Virus record (IMG/VR): IMGVR_UViG_3300025597_000001
Strand: one strand, 5' to 3'
Source: a virus
Length of the DNA stretch: 58,446 bases
The translations under genes were made by a program, and so were the position numbers. Shown here one piece after another: positions 44,828 to 53,416 of this stretch; positions within the stretch are counted from its first letter, which is position 1, and every line of letters begins with the position of its first letter. The notes under the pieces were generated by a model that was not told the DNA's origin, did no database searches, and saw only the letters and a program-made list of their open reading frames with translations.

Positions 44828-45421
44828 ATGGAAAAAGAATTAAATGACAAGTTAATTGCCATACAAAGCAATCTTAAAGCACCTAAGAATCAATACAATA
44901 GCTTCGGAAAATACTCGTACAGATCGGCTGAGGATGTATTGGAATCTTTAAAGCCACTATTGAAAGAGACCGGATGTTCGTTAGTCATATCAGACGAGAT
45001 TATTATGATTGGAGATAGGGTATATGTAAAAGCAACCGCAACTCTTTCAGATGGTAAGAATAGTATTAGTACATCAGCTCTCGCACGTGAAGAGACAGAA
45101 AAGAAGGGTATGGATGGAGCACAAATAACCGGAGCAGCCTCATCGTATGCACGAAAGTACGCTTTAAACGGACTATTCTGTATAGACGACACAAAAGACC
45201 CTGATTCTACCAATCAACACGGTAAAGACGAACCATCTACGGCTAAACCTGTTTCTAAACCACAAGATACGACTAAACACGACATTGAACAGGCTAAGAA
45301 AGCATTAGAACAATGTAATGACAACGCATCCGTAGACGCAGTTGTAAAGTTATTTAAGAATCTATGGAAAGACGAAGAATTTAAAAATTTAGTTGCGGAA
45401 GCAAGGGGGAGGATACAATGA
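44828..45421 (+). CDS. Erf-family single-strand annealing protein
   Basis: KNQYNSFGKYSYRSAEDVLESLKPLL and GAASSYARKYALNGLFCIDD resemble ERF recombinases. It is paired with a nuclease gene. Confidence 0.6.
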   Translation: MEKELNDKLIAIQSNLKAPKNQYNSFGKYSYRSAEDVLESLKPLLKETGCSLVISDEIIMIGDRVYVKATATLSDGKNSISTSALAREETEKKGMDGAQITGAASSYARKYALNGLFCIDDTKDPDSTNQHGKDEPSTAKPVSKPQDTTKHDIEQAKKALEQCNDNASVDAVVKLFKNLWKDEEFKNLVAEARGRIQ

Positions 45422-46314
45422 TAGAACTAAAGAAATCCGGAATAGTATTTAATCCGGAAAACCACACCTATTGGTACGGAGACAAACAATTATTCGGTAT
45501 AACAGGAGTAATAGGGAGGCAATTATTTCCAAAAAAATACGCAGATGTACCCGAAGAGCTGTTAAGGAGTAAAGCCGAAAGAGGAACTGCAATCCACGAA
45601 GGATGTCAGATGTTTGATGATTTTGGAATCATCGATAGAGAAGAAGTTCAATGGTATGCAGACTTGAAGTCAGAAATAGGATTTGATGTAATCGAAAATG
45701 AATATTTGGTTACTGATTATGACTATTACGCTTCTGGAGTTGATAAGGTAATGCTAATTGACGAAAAAATCTGCTTGGGAGACGTAAAAACAACATCTAC
45801 ATTAGACAGAGAATATCTTAGTTGGCAATTGTCTATATACAAGTACATGTTCAACATACTAAACCCAGATATTGAAATTAGTGGATTATATGCTATATGG
45901 ATTAAAGATGGGGCTAAACTCGTTCAGGTAGATGAGATTCAAAGAGAAGAAGTAATAAGACTACTTGAGTGCGACAAGAATGGAGAAAAGTACGTACCGG
46001 TTTCTATTGTACCGAAAGAGTACGAGGATGAGGCACTTGCATTAGTAAAGAACATCGCAGAAATTGCAGAACAAATAGATGCGCTTAGTGAAATGAAGAA
46101 ACAATATCAGTCTAACATAGAAGAGTTGTTTGAAAAATTCAACATAACGAAATGGGAGACCGATTACTTCATCATTACTAAACGAAAAGATTCTGTCAGG
46201 GAGAACTTCGACACGAAGAAATTCAAAGAAGAACATCCTGATTTGGCGAAGAAATATATAAAAACATCACCAGTTAAAGGAGGAATAGTAACTCAACTAA
46301 AAAAACAAGATTGA
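45418..46314 (+). CDS. PD-(D/E)XK (Cas4/RecB-like) recombination exonuclease
   Basis: GTAIHEGCQ...GVDKVMLIDEKICLGDVKTT (D...D/E-x-K). It is translationally coupled to the Erf-like gene. Confidence 0.6.
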   Translation: MIELKKSGIVFNPENHTYWYGDKQLFGITGVIGRQLFPKKYADVPEELLRSKAERGTAIHEGCQMFDDFGIIDREEVQWYADLKSEIGFDVIENEYLVTDYDYYASGVDKVMLIDEKICLGDVKTTSTLDREYLSWQLSIYKYMFNILNPDIEISGLYAIWIKDGAKLVQVDEIQREEVIRLLECDKNGEKYVPVSIVPKEYEDEALALVKNIAEIAEQIDALSEMKKQYQSNIEELFEKFNITKWETDYFIITKRKDSVRENFDTKKFKEEHPDLAKKYIKTSPVKGGIVTQLKKQD

Positions 46315-46316
46315 TT

Positions 46317-47120
46317 ATGGCAGACGGAAAAGGATTACGGTACAACGAAGGTAAAACCCAACTTGACTTAATTCCACCATCGGTTTTAGAAGGACTTGGA
46401 AAGGTGCTTACATTTGGGGCTGATAAATACGGCGAAAACAATTATCGTCGAGGCATGAAGTGGTCTAATGTTATAAATTCTTTGTTGAGGCACATAAACG
46501 CATTTAGAGATGGAGAAGACTTTGATAAAGAAAGCGGATTATCACATTTAGACCATGCGATATGTAATCTAACATTCTTAAAAGAATTTCAACGTATCTA
46601 TCCTCAAGGAGATGACAGATTACACGGTTACATTGACATGCCGACGGTTGGATTGGATATAGACGACGTATTGGCAGATACGATTAATTATTGGTGTAGT
46701 TATTACAACTGTGATGTGCCTTCTTGGTGGCATGATACCAATTTCTCGAAAGAAAGATTTGATGAACTAAACACGAATAAAGAGTTTTGGTTAAACATTC
46801 CAAGAAAAGTCAATCCAGATGACTTGGCGTTTGAACCAGTTTGTTATGTAACATCTCGTTCAATACCGAATGAATGGACAAGAGAGTGGCTTATTAAGAA
46901 TGGATTTCCAGATGTGGAATTAATATCCGTTGGACATGATAAGAGTAAGGTCGAGGCATTAAAAGGTAAGTGCGATATATTCATCGATGATAGGTTTGAT
47001 AATTTCGTTGAATTGAATAAAAACGGTATTTGCTGCTTTTTGATGGATGCACCACACAACCGAAGGTATGATGTTGGATATAAAAGGATAGTTGATTTAG
47101 GAGAATTTTTAAAATACTAA
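46317..47120 (+). CDS. Fusion of a dATP/dGTP pyrophosphohydrolase-like (DUF5664) domain and an NT5C-type HAD deoxyribonucleotidase
   Basis: The N-terminus reads RYNEGKTQLDLIPPSVLEGLGKVLTFGADKYGENNYRRG...RHINAFRDGEDFDKESGLSHLDHA. The C-terminus has VGLDIDDVLAD (DxDxV) and IFIDD. Confidence 0.6.
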   Translation: MADGKGLRYNEGKTQLDLIPPSVLEGLGKVLTFGADKYGENNYRRGMKWSNVINSLLRHINAFRDGEDFDKESGLSHLDHAICNLTFLKEFQRIYPQGDDRLHGYIDMPTVGLDIDDVLADTINYWCSYYNCDVPSWWHDTNFSKERFDELNTNKEFWLNIPRKVNPDDLAFEPVCYVTSRSIPNEWTREWLIKNGFPDVELISVGHDKSKVEALKGKCDIFIDDRFDNFVELNKNGICCFLMDAPHNRRYDVGYKRIVDLGEFLKY

Positions 47121-47131
47121 TAATTAAAATT

Positions 47132-48085
47132 ATGAAAAGTGAAAATTATCAAGAAATTTTTTTGGAATCAAAAGAAGATAATCAATTTCCAGTATCTGAT
47201 ATTAGTAATAATTTTTATAAATATCAGCATATTGAAAGACTTGGAACAGTTGAAACAGGTGGAATTGAAGTAGGAGAGTGTTATGTATTCCCTAAAATTG
47301 ATGGAACAAATTCTCAGTTATGGTTCAACAACGGATTACAGGCTGGTAGTCGTAATAGACAATTATCGGTTGAAAATGACAATGCAGGTTTTTATAACTG
47401 GGCATTGAAACAAGAAAAGTTTAAACAGTTTTTTGCTAAGTATCCAAATTTACGCCTAATGGGAGAATGGTTAGTTCCTCATACCTTAAAAACATACAAA
47501 AAAACAGCATGGAATAACTTCTATGTGTTTGACGTAATGGATGGGGAATATTATCTACCTTATGAAACCTATAAAGAGATTCTTGATGAATTTGATATTG
47601 AATATATACCGCCCATTTGTAAAATAAAAAATCCAACTTATGAGCAATTAATTAATCAAATAGAGAAGAATGTTTTTTTAATTGAAGATGGGCAAGGAAC
47701 TGGCGAAGGGATTGTAATTAAAAACTACAATTACAAAAATAGGTTTGGGCGTGTTGTTTGGGCAAAGATTGTTAAAAACGAATTTAAGGCAAAACATGCT
47801 AAATGCGACGTGACCGAAATTAAAGAGAATAAAATTATTGAAGAAGAGATAGTAAATAAGTTTGTTACAAAGACTTTAATTGAAAAGGAACTGGCAAAAA
47901 TTGAAATTGAAAGCGGTTGGAGTAGCAAACAAATACCAAGACTTTTAAATACTGTTTTTTACTGCCTTGTAAAAGAAGAAAGTTGGAACTTTGTAAAAGA
48001 GTTTAAAAATCCGATTGTTGATTTTAAACGACTTTCATTTTTTACCATAAATAGAATTAAAGAATTATTTCCTAATCTTTTTTAA
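47132..48085 (+). CDS. ATP-dependent RNA ligase (Rnl2/DRB0094-like nucleotidyltransferase)
   Basis: Motif I FPKIDGTN, plus MGEWL, EGIVIK and WAKIVKNEFK. Confidence 0.6.
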   Translation: MKSENYQEIFLESKEDNQFPVSDISNNFYKYQHIERLGTVETGGIEVGECYVFPKIDGTNSQLWFNNGLQAGSRNRQLSVENDNAGFYNWALKQEKFKQFFAKYPNLRLMGEWLVPHTLKTYKKTAWNNFYVFDVMDGEYYLPYETYKEILDEFDIEYIPPICKIKNPTYEQLINQIEKNVFLIEDGQGTGEGIVIKNYNYKNRFGRVVWAKIVKNEFKAKHAKCDVTEIKENKIIEEEIVNKFVTKTLIEKELAKIEIESGWSSKQIPRLLNTVFYCLVKEESWNFVKEFKNPIVDFKRLSFFTINRIKELFPNLF

Positions 48086-48136
48086 TCGAAAATTATCAAC
48101 AAATAAAACAACTACTTATAATTAAAAAATAATATT

Positions 48137-48460
48137 ATGAGTGGAGGACATTTTGACCATAAGCAATATTGGATAAACGATATTGCAGATACTATTGAAC
48201 GTGAATTGAACCGACAGGGTAAAGAAAAGCCGAAAGATGAGCTTTACTTTAATAAACTATATTATGAAGAATATCCAGAAGAAAAGTTTTATCAGATATA
48301 CTCTGATATTGTCCAAGAAAAGATGAGAGAAGCCGTAAAACAATTAAGAATTGCAGCTATATATGCTCAAAGAATCGATTGGTTTCTTTCAGGAGATGAC
48401 AGCGAAGAAAGCTTTATTGAACGGTTGGATGAAGAGTTAAACGAAATAAATGGTTTATGA
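48137..48460 (+). CDS. Hypothetical protein
   Basis: 107-aa ORF. Confidence 0.5.
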   Translation: MSGGHFDHKQYWINDIADTIERELNRQGKEKPKDELYFNKLYYEEYPEEKFYQIYSDIVQEKMREAVKQLRIAAIYAQRIDWFLSGDDSEESFIERLDEELNEINGL

Positions 48461-48852
48461 TGATGAAAAGAGAAATATTATTCAAGGCAAAATCGGTTGA
48501 TACGGGAGAATGGTATGAAAGTATGACTATTTCAAAAGGCACATCTGAATCAACTAAAGATTTGTTGTTTATGGAGATTGATGAAGACAATTGGATTGAG
48601 ATTATTCCAGATTCACTAAGTCAATACATAAACAAAAAGGATAAAAACGGAAAAAAAGTTTTTGATGGAGATTACGACGAGGATGGTAATTTCGTTATAT
48701 GGTGTGATAAATGTGGTAGTTTCGAGTTTGGCGGAGTTGATCTTGAAACAAAAGAGGTTTATACTACTTGTTATCGATGTCAAGGTGATTTCGGCCTATT
48801 CGATAGTATTGATGATTTTCAAATTATTGGCAATATTGCAGACTTAAAATAA
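48457..48852 (+). CDS. YopX-like protein
   Basis: REILFKAKSVDTGEWYE...DKNGKKVFDGD follows the YopX pattern. CDKCGS...CYRCQ are cysteine pairs. Confidence 0.5.
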   Translation: MMMKREILFKAKSVDTGEWYESMTISKGTSESTKDLLFMEIDEDNWIEIIPDSLSQYINKKDKNGKKVFDGDYDEDGNFVIWCDKCGSFEFGGVDLETKEVYTTCYRCQGDFGLFDSIDDFQIIGNIADLK

Positions 48853-48858
48853 AATAAC

Positions 48859-49242
48859 ATGCAAAACCTACTTGAAGAAGCCGAAAAGATGCAGAATTAT
48901 CTTGAAATAGAATGTTCAGATAACGTAACTGATATAATTGAAAGAATCAAAACTCTGTCCGTTTATTTGGCAAGGTCGGGTAATATGCTGGCAGAGGCTA
49001 AACGTATTTATAAGCGAAAGGTAACGTCGGAAATAGCCAATACGATAATAGCCATTGCAAAAGAGAATTTCCTTTCAGCAAAAGCACAGAATGCACTTGT
49101 CGATGCAATAGCAGAAGACGAAGCGTTTCTTGTAGATAAATTAGACAGGATTAATAGTTCGTGTGTTCATCAAATAGATGCTTTACGGTCGATTCTGTCT
49201 TACGAGAAAGCGAGTTTAAAACTAAACGAAACTGGATATTAA
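48859..49242 (+). CDS. Hypothetical protein
   Basis: 127-aa ORF. Confidence 0.5.
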   Translation: MQNLLEEAEKMQNYLEIECSDNVTDIIERIKTLSVYLARSGNMLAEAKRIYKRKVTSEIANTIIAIAKENFLSAKAQNALVDAIAEDEAFLVDKLDRINSSCVHQIDALRSILSYEKASLKLNETGY

Positions 49243-49327
49243 TTTCAAACAAAAAAATAAAAAGTATTCCGTTTCGGATAACTTTCTTATAAAACAAATT
49301 AAAATAATTTCCAAAAAAATCAATTTT

Positions 49328-49636
49328 ATGATACGAAAGGTAAGCAAAAAACAGGCTAAAAAAAACGCAGAACTCATAAAAATAAAAAGAGAAATGGATA
49401 GGGAATGCTATTTCTGCGGTGGCTATGGTGGCGACTTGGCACACGTATTACCTCGTAGTTTGTTTCCCCAATACTACACAGAAAAATGGAACTTAATTAT
49501 CGCTTGTAGGACGCACCACAATCTGTTTGATAACGACATAGAGTTTAGAAAAAAGTTCAACTACCTATATCTACAAATTGTCAAAAAAGTAAATCCAGAA
49601 GACAAAGGAATGGTTGATAAATACTTTGGAAAATGA
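49328..49636 (+). CDS. HNH/His-Me finger-like nuclease (NinG-like) candidate
   Basis: CYFCGG...LAHVLPRS...ACRTHHNLFDN. Confidence 0.4.
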   Translation: MIRKVSKKQAKKNAELIKIKREMDRECYFCGGYGGDLAHVLPRSLFPQYYTEKWNLIIACRTHHNLFDNDIEFRKKFNYLYLQIVKKVNPEDKGMVDKYFGK

Positions 49637-49965
49637 AACAAAAATATAATAACGTAAAATATAATGGATTTGATTCCAAGAAAGAATATTATCGAAACAA
49701 CGAATTAAGGCTTCTTGAAAAAGCTGGAGAAATATCAAATCTTGAAGAGCAAGTTCCATACGAACTTTTGCCAGCACAATATCAGATTATTAACGGGAAA
49801 AAGAAGTGTGTTGAAAAATCGGTTAAATATATAGCAGACTTTCAATATATTGACAAAGATGGTAACTTGGTTGTTGAGGATACAAAAGGAATGCGAACAT
49901 CAACGTACATTATTAAGAGGAAACTAATGTTATATTTTCACGGAATAAAAATTAAAGAAGTTTAA
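49633..49965 (+). CDS. DUF1064-type (PD-(D/E)XK-like, putative junction resolvase) protein
   Basis: FDSKKEYYRNNELRLLEKAGEISNLEEQVPYEL...YIADFQYIDKDGNLVVEDTKG. Confidence 0.5.
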   Translation: MKQKYNNVKYNGFDSKKEYYRNNELRLLEKAGEISNLEEQVPYELLPAQYQIINGKKKCVEKSVKYIADFQYIDKDGNLVVEDTKGMRTSTYIIKRKLMLYFHGIKIKEV

Positions 49966-50241
49966 CATTAATTAACTACATAAAATTTGGATATTAATAA
50001 TTTTCCCATTACCTTTGACAAACAATTAAACCAATAAAAATTACGAACATGACAACAAAAGAAGAAATTAAACAAATAAATTTGATAAAATTGATAATTA
50101 AAAAATACAATTATGGAGACTAAAAAAGAATTTGAAGAACTTGAAAGAGCAATGATTAATGCACTAAACATGTGTTATACGCTGGCACGGTTGATTAAAC
50201 GATAAACTTGAATTGAAACACAAAACAAAATTTTTATTAAA

Positions 50242-51012
50242 ATGAGCGAGGGCAAAAAAGAAATATTATTAGGAGATTGTTTGGAACTTATGAAGGATAT
50301 TCCAAACGGAAGTATTGATATGATACTTTGTGATTTACCTTATGGAATTACTCAAAGTAAATGGGATGTAATAATACCTTTTGATAAATTGTGGGAGCAA
50401 TATAACCGAATTATAAAAACAAACGGAGCAGTTGTTTTATTTGGTAATGAACCATTTTCAAGTGCTTTAAGGTTTAGTAATATGCAGAATTGGAAATATG
50501 ATTGGATATGGGATAAAAAAAATAAAACAGGAATACTGAACTGTAAAAAAAGACCATTAAAGCAATTTGAGAATATAATGGTATTTTATAATGAGCAATG
50601 TATTTATAACCCACAAATGACAAAAGGTAGGTTTAGAAACAAGAAAATAACCACTAAAAAGGTTTTTGATGCTTATGGTGATTTGAATAATGAGGTAGAT
50701 AATTATAACGATGAATATTATCCAAGCAATATTTTGGAATTTTCAAATGCTGGCAACATGAAAGGTAAATTACACCCAACACAAAAGCCAATTGAATTAT
50801 TTGAGTACCTGATTAAAACATACACTAATGAAAATGATTTGGTGTTAGATAACACAGCAGGAAGTGGAACAACTGCAATAGCTTGTTTGAATACCAACAG
50901 ACAATTTATAGTAATGGAAAAAGAACAAAAGTATTACGATATTATTTTAAAGAGGGTGGCAGATTTTAATAAAAATTTTGAACCGCGAACTCTCTTTGAA
51001 AACGAAATGTAG
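50242..51012 (+). CDS. DNA methyltransferase (DPPY-like, beta-class), paralogue of 17849..18592
   Basis: ILCDLPYGIT and LHPTQKPIELFEYLIKTYTNENDLVLDNTAGSGTTAIA. It is collinear with the 17.8-kb paralogue on the opposite strand. Confidence 0.85.
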   Translation: MSEGKKEILLGDCLELMKDIPNGSIDMILCDLPYGITQSKWDVIIPFDKLWEQYNRIIKTNGAVVLFGNEPFSSALRFSNMQNWKYDWIWDKKNKTGILNCKKRPLKQFENIMVFYNEQCIYNPQMTKGRFRNKKITTKKVFDAYGDLNNEVDNYNDEYYPSNILEFSNAGNMKGKLHPTQKPIELFEYLIKTYTNENDLVLDNTAGSGTTAIACLNTNRQFIVMEKEQKYYDIILKRVADFNKNFEPRTLFENEM

Positions 51013-51164
51013 TGCTTGCGTATAACGCTGGAGTCATATCAATTGAACACATCACAATTGAAGGAGATGGGAAAACGGAATTATGGCTTGATTTTGAATA
51101 TCCATGTTTGAATCTTCTTTTTGATATGTATCAGAAAAAATAATATAACACTTAGTACAGGCTT

Positions 51165-52568
51165 ATGTCTAAATTAGACCAAGTACAAAGAAACAAAGAA
51201 CAAATAAACGTACAAGGCGTTACGCTTCCTCACAACGAAGAGGCTGAAAAGGCGACCATAGGTGCAATGCTACTTGAGAAGAACGCCGTCTATGAGGTTA
51301 TTGATTTTCTTAAACCGGAAATGTTTTACGATGATTTTCTTCAATCTGTCTATAGTGCTATATTAAGAGTTGAAGAAAATTCAAAGGTTGATATGATAAC
51401 CGTAGTAGATGAACTAAGAAAGACAAATGACAATGTAGATATTTTAAGAGTAGCATCTTTATCAAGTGGTGTAATGTCTTCTGCACATATTAAAACACAC
51501 GCCATGATTATCTATCAAGATTATTTAAGGCGTAAATTAATCCTTTCATGTGCTAAGACCGTATCAGACAGCGAAGATATGTCAGTTGATGTTTCCGACC
51601 TAATAGACAATCACCTTTCTAACATTGAAAACATAGTTCATAGTACAATAGAGAATGAAACAATCTCAATTTCTACTGTAGTTGATGAATCATTTGATGC
51701 CTATAGGGCAAGAGAAAAACGTGTTAACGAAGGACAATCGATTGGTGTTCACACTGGACTTAATAAGTTAGACAGAGTATTGAATGGATTCCAATCAGGT
51801 ACGCTTAATATCATTGCAGCGAGACCAGCTATGGGAAAAACGGCATTCATGTTGAATATAGCACGTAAAGCAGCAAAGCGTGGTTCTCACGTGTTTATAG
51901 TTTCCCTTGAAATGACAAAAGTATCTTTGGTGGATAGAATGATTATAGCAGAAAGTGGAATTGATTCAAACAACTATAAAGCTGGGAGATTAACATCAGA
52001 AGAATATGAATTGATGATTTATGGTAGAGAAAGAATATCGTTTCTTCCTATAGAAATAAACGATACGGCTCTTATGACCGTTCAGCAAATAAAATCACAA
52101 GCTAAAAAACTAAAAAGAAAAGGAAAGTGCGATATTATTCTTATCGATTACCTACAATTAATTGAAGCTCCATACGTAAAGGATAGGACTAAGAATAACG
52201 AGGTGTCTGAAATTACAAGAACACTTAAAATAATGGCAAAGGAACTTGATATACCCGTTGTGTTATTATCCCAATTAAGCAGGGAAGTAGAGCGTAGAAC
52301 AGAAAAGATACCACTCTTATCAGACCTTAGAGATAGTGGTTCAATAGAACAGGATGCTGATTGTGTTTTATTCATTCATAGGGAGCATTATTATAATGAA
52401 AACGCAGATAGACATTCAGGAATAGTTCGGATAGCAAAAAACAGAGAAGGAATGGTTGGTGATGTTTACTTTTGGGTCAACGATACCATATCAGATTTCA
52501 GGGACGATGAGCCACGAGGCAATACGTTTATATCCGCTAAAAAAGAAGATTATGAATTGCCGTTTTAA
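51165..52568 (+). CDS. dnaB: Replicative DNA helicase DnaB
   Basis: 467 aa with LPHNEEAEKATIGAML, Walker A ARPAMGKTAF, ILIDYLQLI and LSQLSREVE. It has an unusual C-terminal tail ...KKEDYELPF. Confidence 0.9.
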   Translation: MSKLDQVQRNKEQINVQGVTLPHNEEAEKATIGAMLLEKNAVYEVIDFLKPEMFYDDFLQSVYSAILRVEENSKVDMITVVDELRKTNDNVDILRVASLSSGVMSSAHIKTHAMIIYQDYLRRKLILSCAKTVSDSEDMSVDVSDLIDNHLSNIENIVHSTIENETISISTVVDESFDAYRAREKRVNEGQSIGVHTGLNKLDRVLNGFQSGTLNIIAARPAMGKTAFMLNIARKAAKRGSHVFIVSLEMTKVSLVDRMIIAESGIDSNNYKAGRLTSEEYELMIYGRERISFLPIEINDTALMTVQQIKSQAKKLKRKGKCDIILIDYLQLIEAPYVKDRTKNNEVSEITRTLKIMAKELDIPVVLLSQLSREVERRTEKIPLLSDLRDSGSIEQDADCVLFIHREHYYNENADRHSGIVRIAKNREGMVGDVYFWVNDTISDFRDDEPRGNTFISAKKEDYELPF

Positions 52569-52664
52569 TGCCTCAGCGATTGTATAAATCGATCAGGTTG
52601 AGTTATCGCAAGCAAGACGAATAAGACACCAACAAAATAAAATAACCACTTAAAACGCTTCAAA

Positions 52665-52904
52665 ATGAGAAATAAATTTAAACAAGTTGCAAATGTAACC
52701 AACAAGCTCGGGTTTGATTGGATCAAGTCTATCGAGATCAAAGATTCAGACCCGAATGTTATAGTGAGAGGCACGTACTCCAACGAAATTAGATGGGGTT
52801 TATTAAACATTGGGTTTGAACGTATATGTGGTTTGAAGGATAGTCGAGTACATTGTTTTTCAAAGCGAACCGTAATGATTTTTCTAACGGGTTGTGGCTT
52901 GTAG
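52665..52904 (+). CDS. Hypothetical ORF, possibly disrupted (continues in the -1 frame as 52853..53035)
   Basis: 79-aa ORF. The overlapping TTG-started frame 52853..53035 carries the conserved module shared with 56424..56566. Confidence 0.3.
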   Translation: MRNKFKQVANVTNKLGFDWIKSIEIKDSDPNVIVRGTYSNEIRWGLLNIGFERICGLKDSRVHCFSKRTVMIFLTGCGL

Positions 52905-53035
52905 CTGAAAGGGATTTAGAAGCACAATGTTTCAACTTGCACTACTGCCGATTAGAACCACAAATGACGAATGTAGCACGTCAGCCATTTTTGCTACAAA
53001 CCGCTGTTATGTGCTGGGCGGTTTATCAGCACTAA
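52886..53035 (+). repeat. Copy X of a diverged ~145-nt module (partner 56424..56566)
   Basis: Shared blocks are aacggNttg, ggctt, gtag, ttagaagcacaa, tttcaa, cactac and caaa(a)ccgctgtt. Both copies are open in the same plus frame (NGLWLVAERDLEAQCFNL versus NGLRLGVVAELEAQTFNM). Confidence 0.6.
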
Positions 53036-53053
53036 ATTTAATTTGAAAACGAA

Positions 53054-53415
53054 ATGAAAAAAGGAATGATTTTCGACTTGTACCAAGATGGGCAGCCGAC
53101 AAAAAGAGTAATGGCAATTAACGAAAAAGACGTTATGGATTTGCAAGATGGTAAGTTGATATTTGATATTGACTTTGAAAACGAAGTTGGCGAAATATTG
53201 ATTTATAACATTTTCGAGTACGGAATGTAGCCTTGCACATAACTACGTTGTATGCAAATGTCATCGGCCTAAATGGCAAAAAGCCAATTTCTTGGATACG
53301 CACATGGCTTTGGCTGGCGTATTAAGAAGAGGCGAAGCGTTGCGTGATTTTGTAGAATATCAACTTCGCATGAGGCAAGTAATTGAGTTTAGAAACAAAG
53401 ATATACCAGAATAAT
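53054..53415 (+). pseudogene. Frameshifted paralogue of ORF 12407..12739
   Basis: The 58-aa ORF 53054..53230 (…AINEKDVMDLQDGK…NIFEYGM*) matches the N-terminal half. The +1 frame 53202..53415 (…LAHNYVVCKCHRPKWQKANFLDTHMALAGVLRRGEALRDFVEYQLRM…) matches the C-terminal half and has no start codon of its own. Confidence 0.5.
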
Positions 53416-53416
53416 T

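Noticed and set aside
49968-50171. Minus-strand 67-aa ORF in the gap before methylase 50242..51012
   Set aside because: Its composition is Phe/Asn/Leu-rich junk, on the opposite strand to the whole surrounding operon. Two tiny plus-strand ORFs (starting about 50049 and 50113) are possible there but too short to support.
52565-52810. Minus-strand 81-aa ORF after dnaB
   Set aside because: It is antisense to plus ORF 52665..52904 within a uniformly plus-strand block and is hydrophobic and low-complexity. It has no start context.
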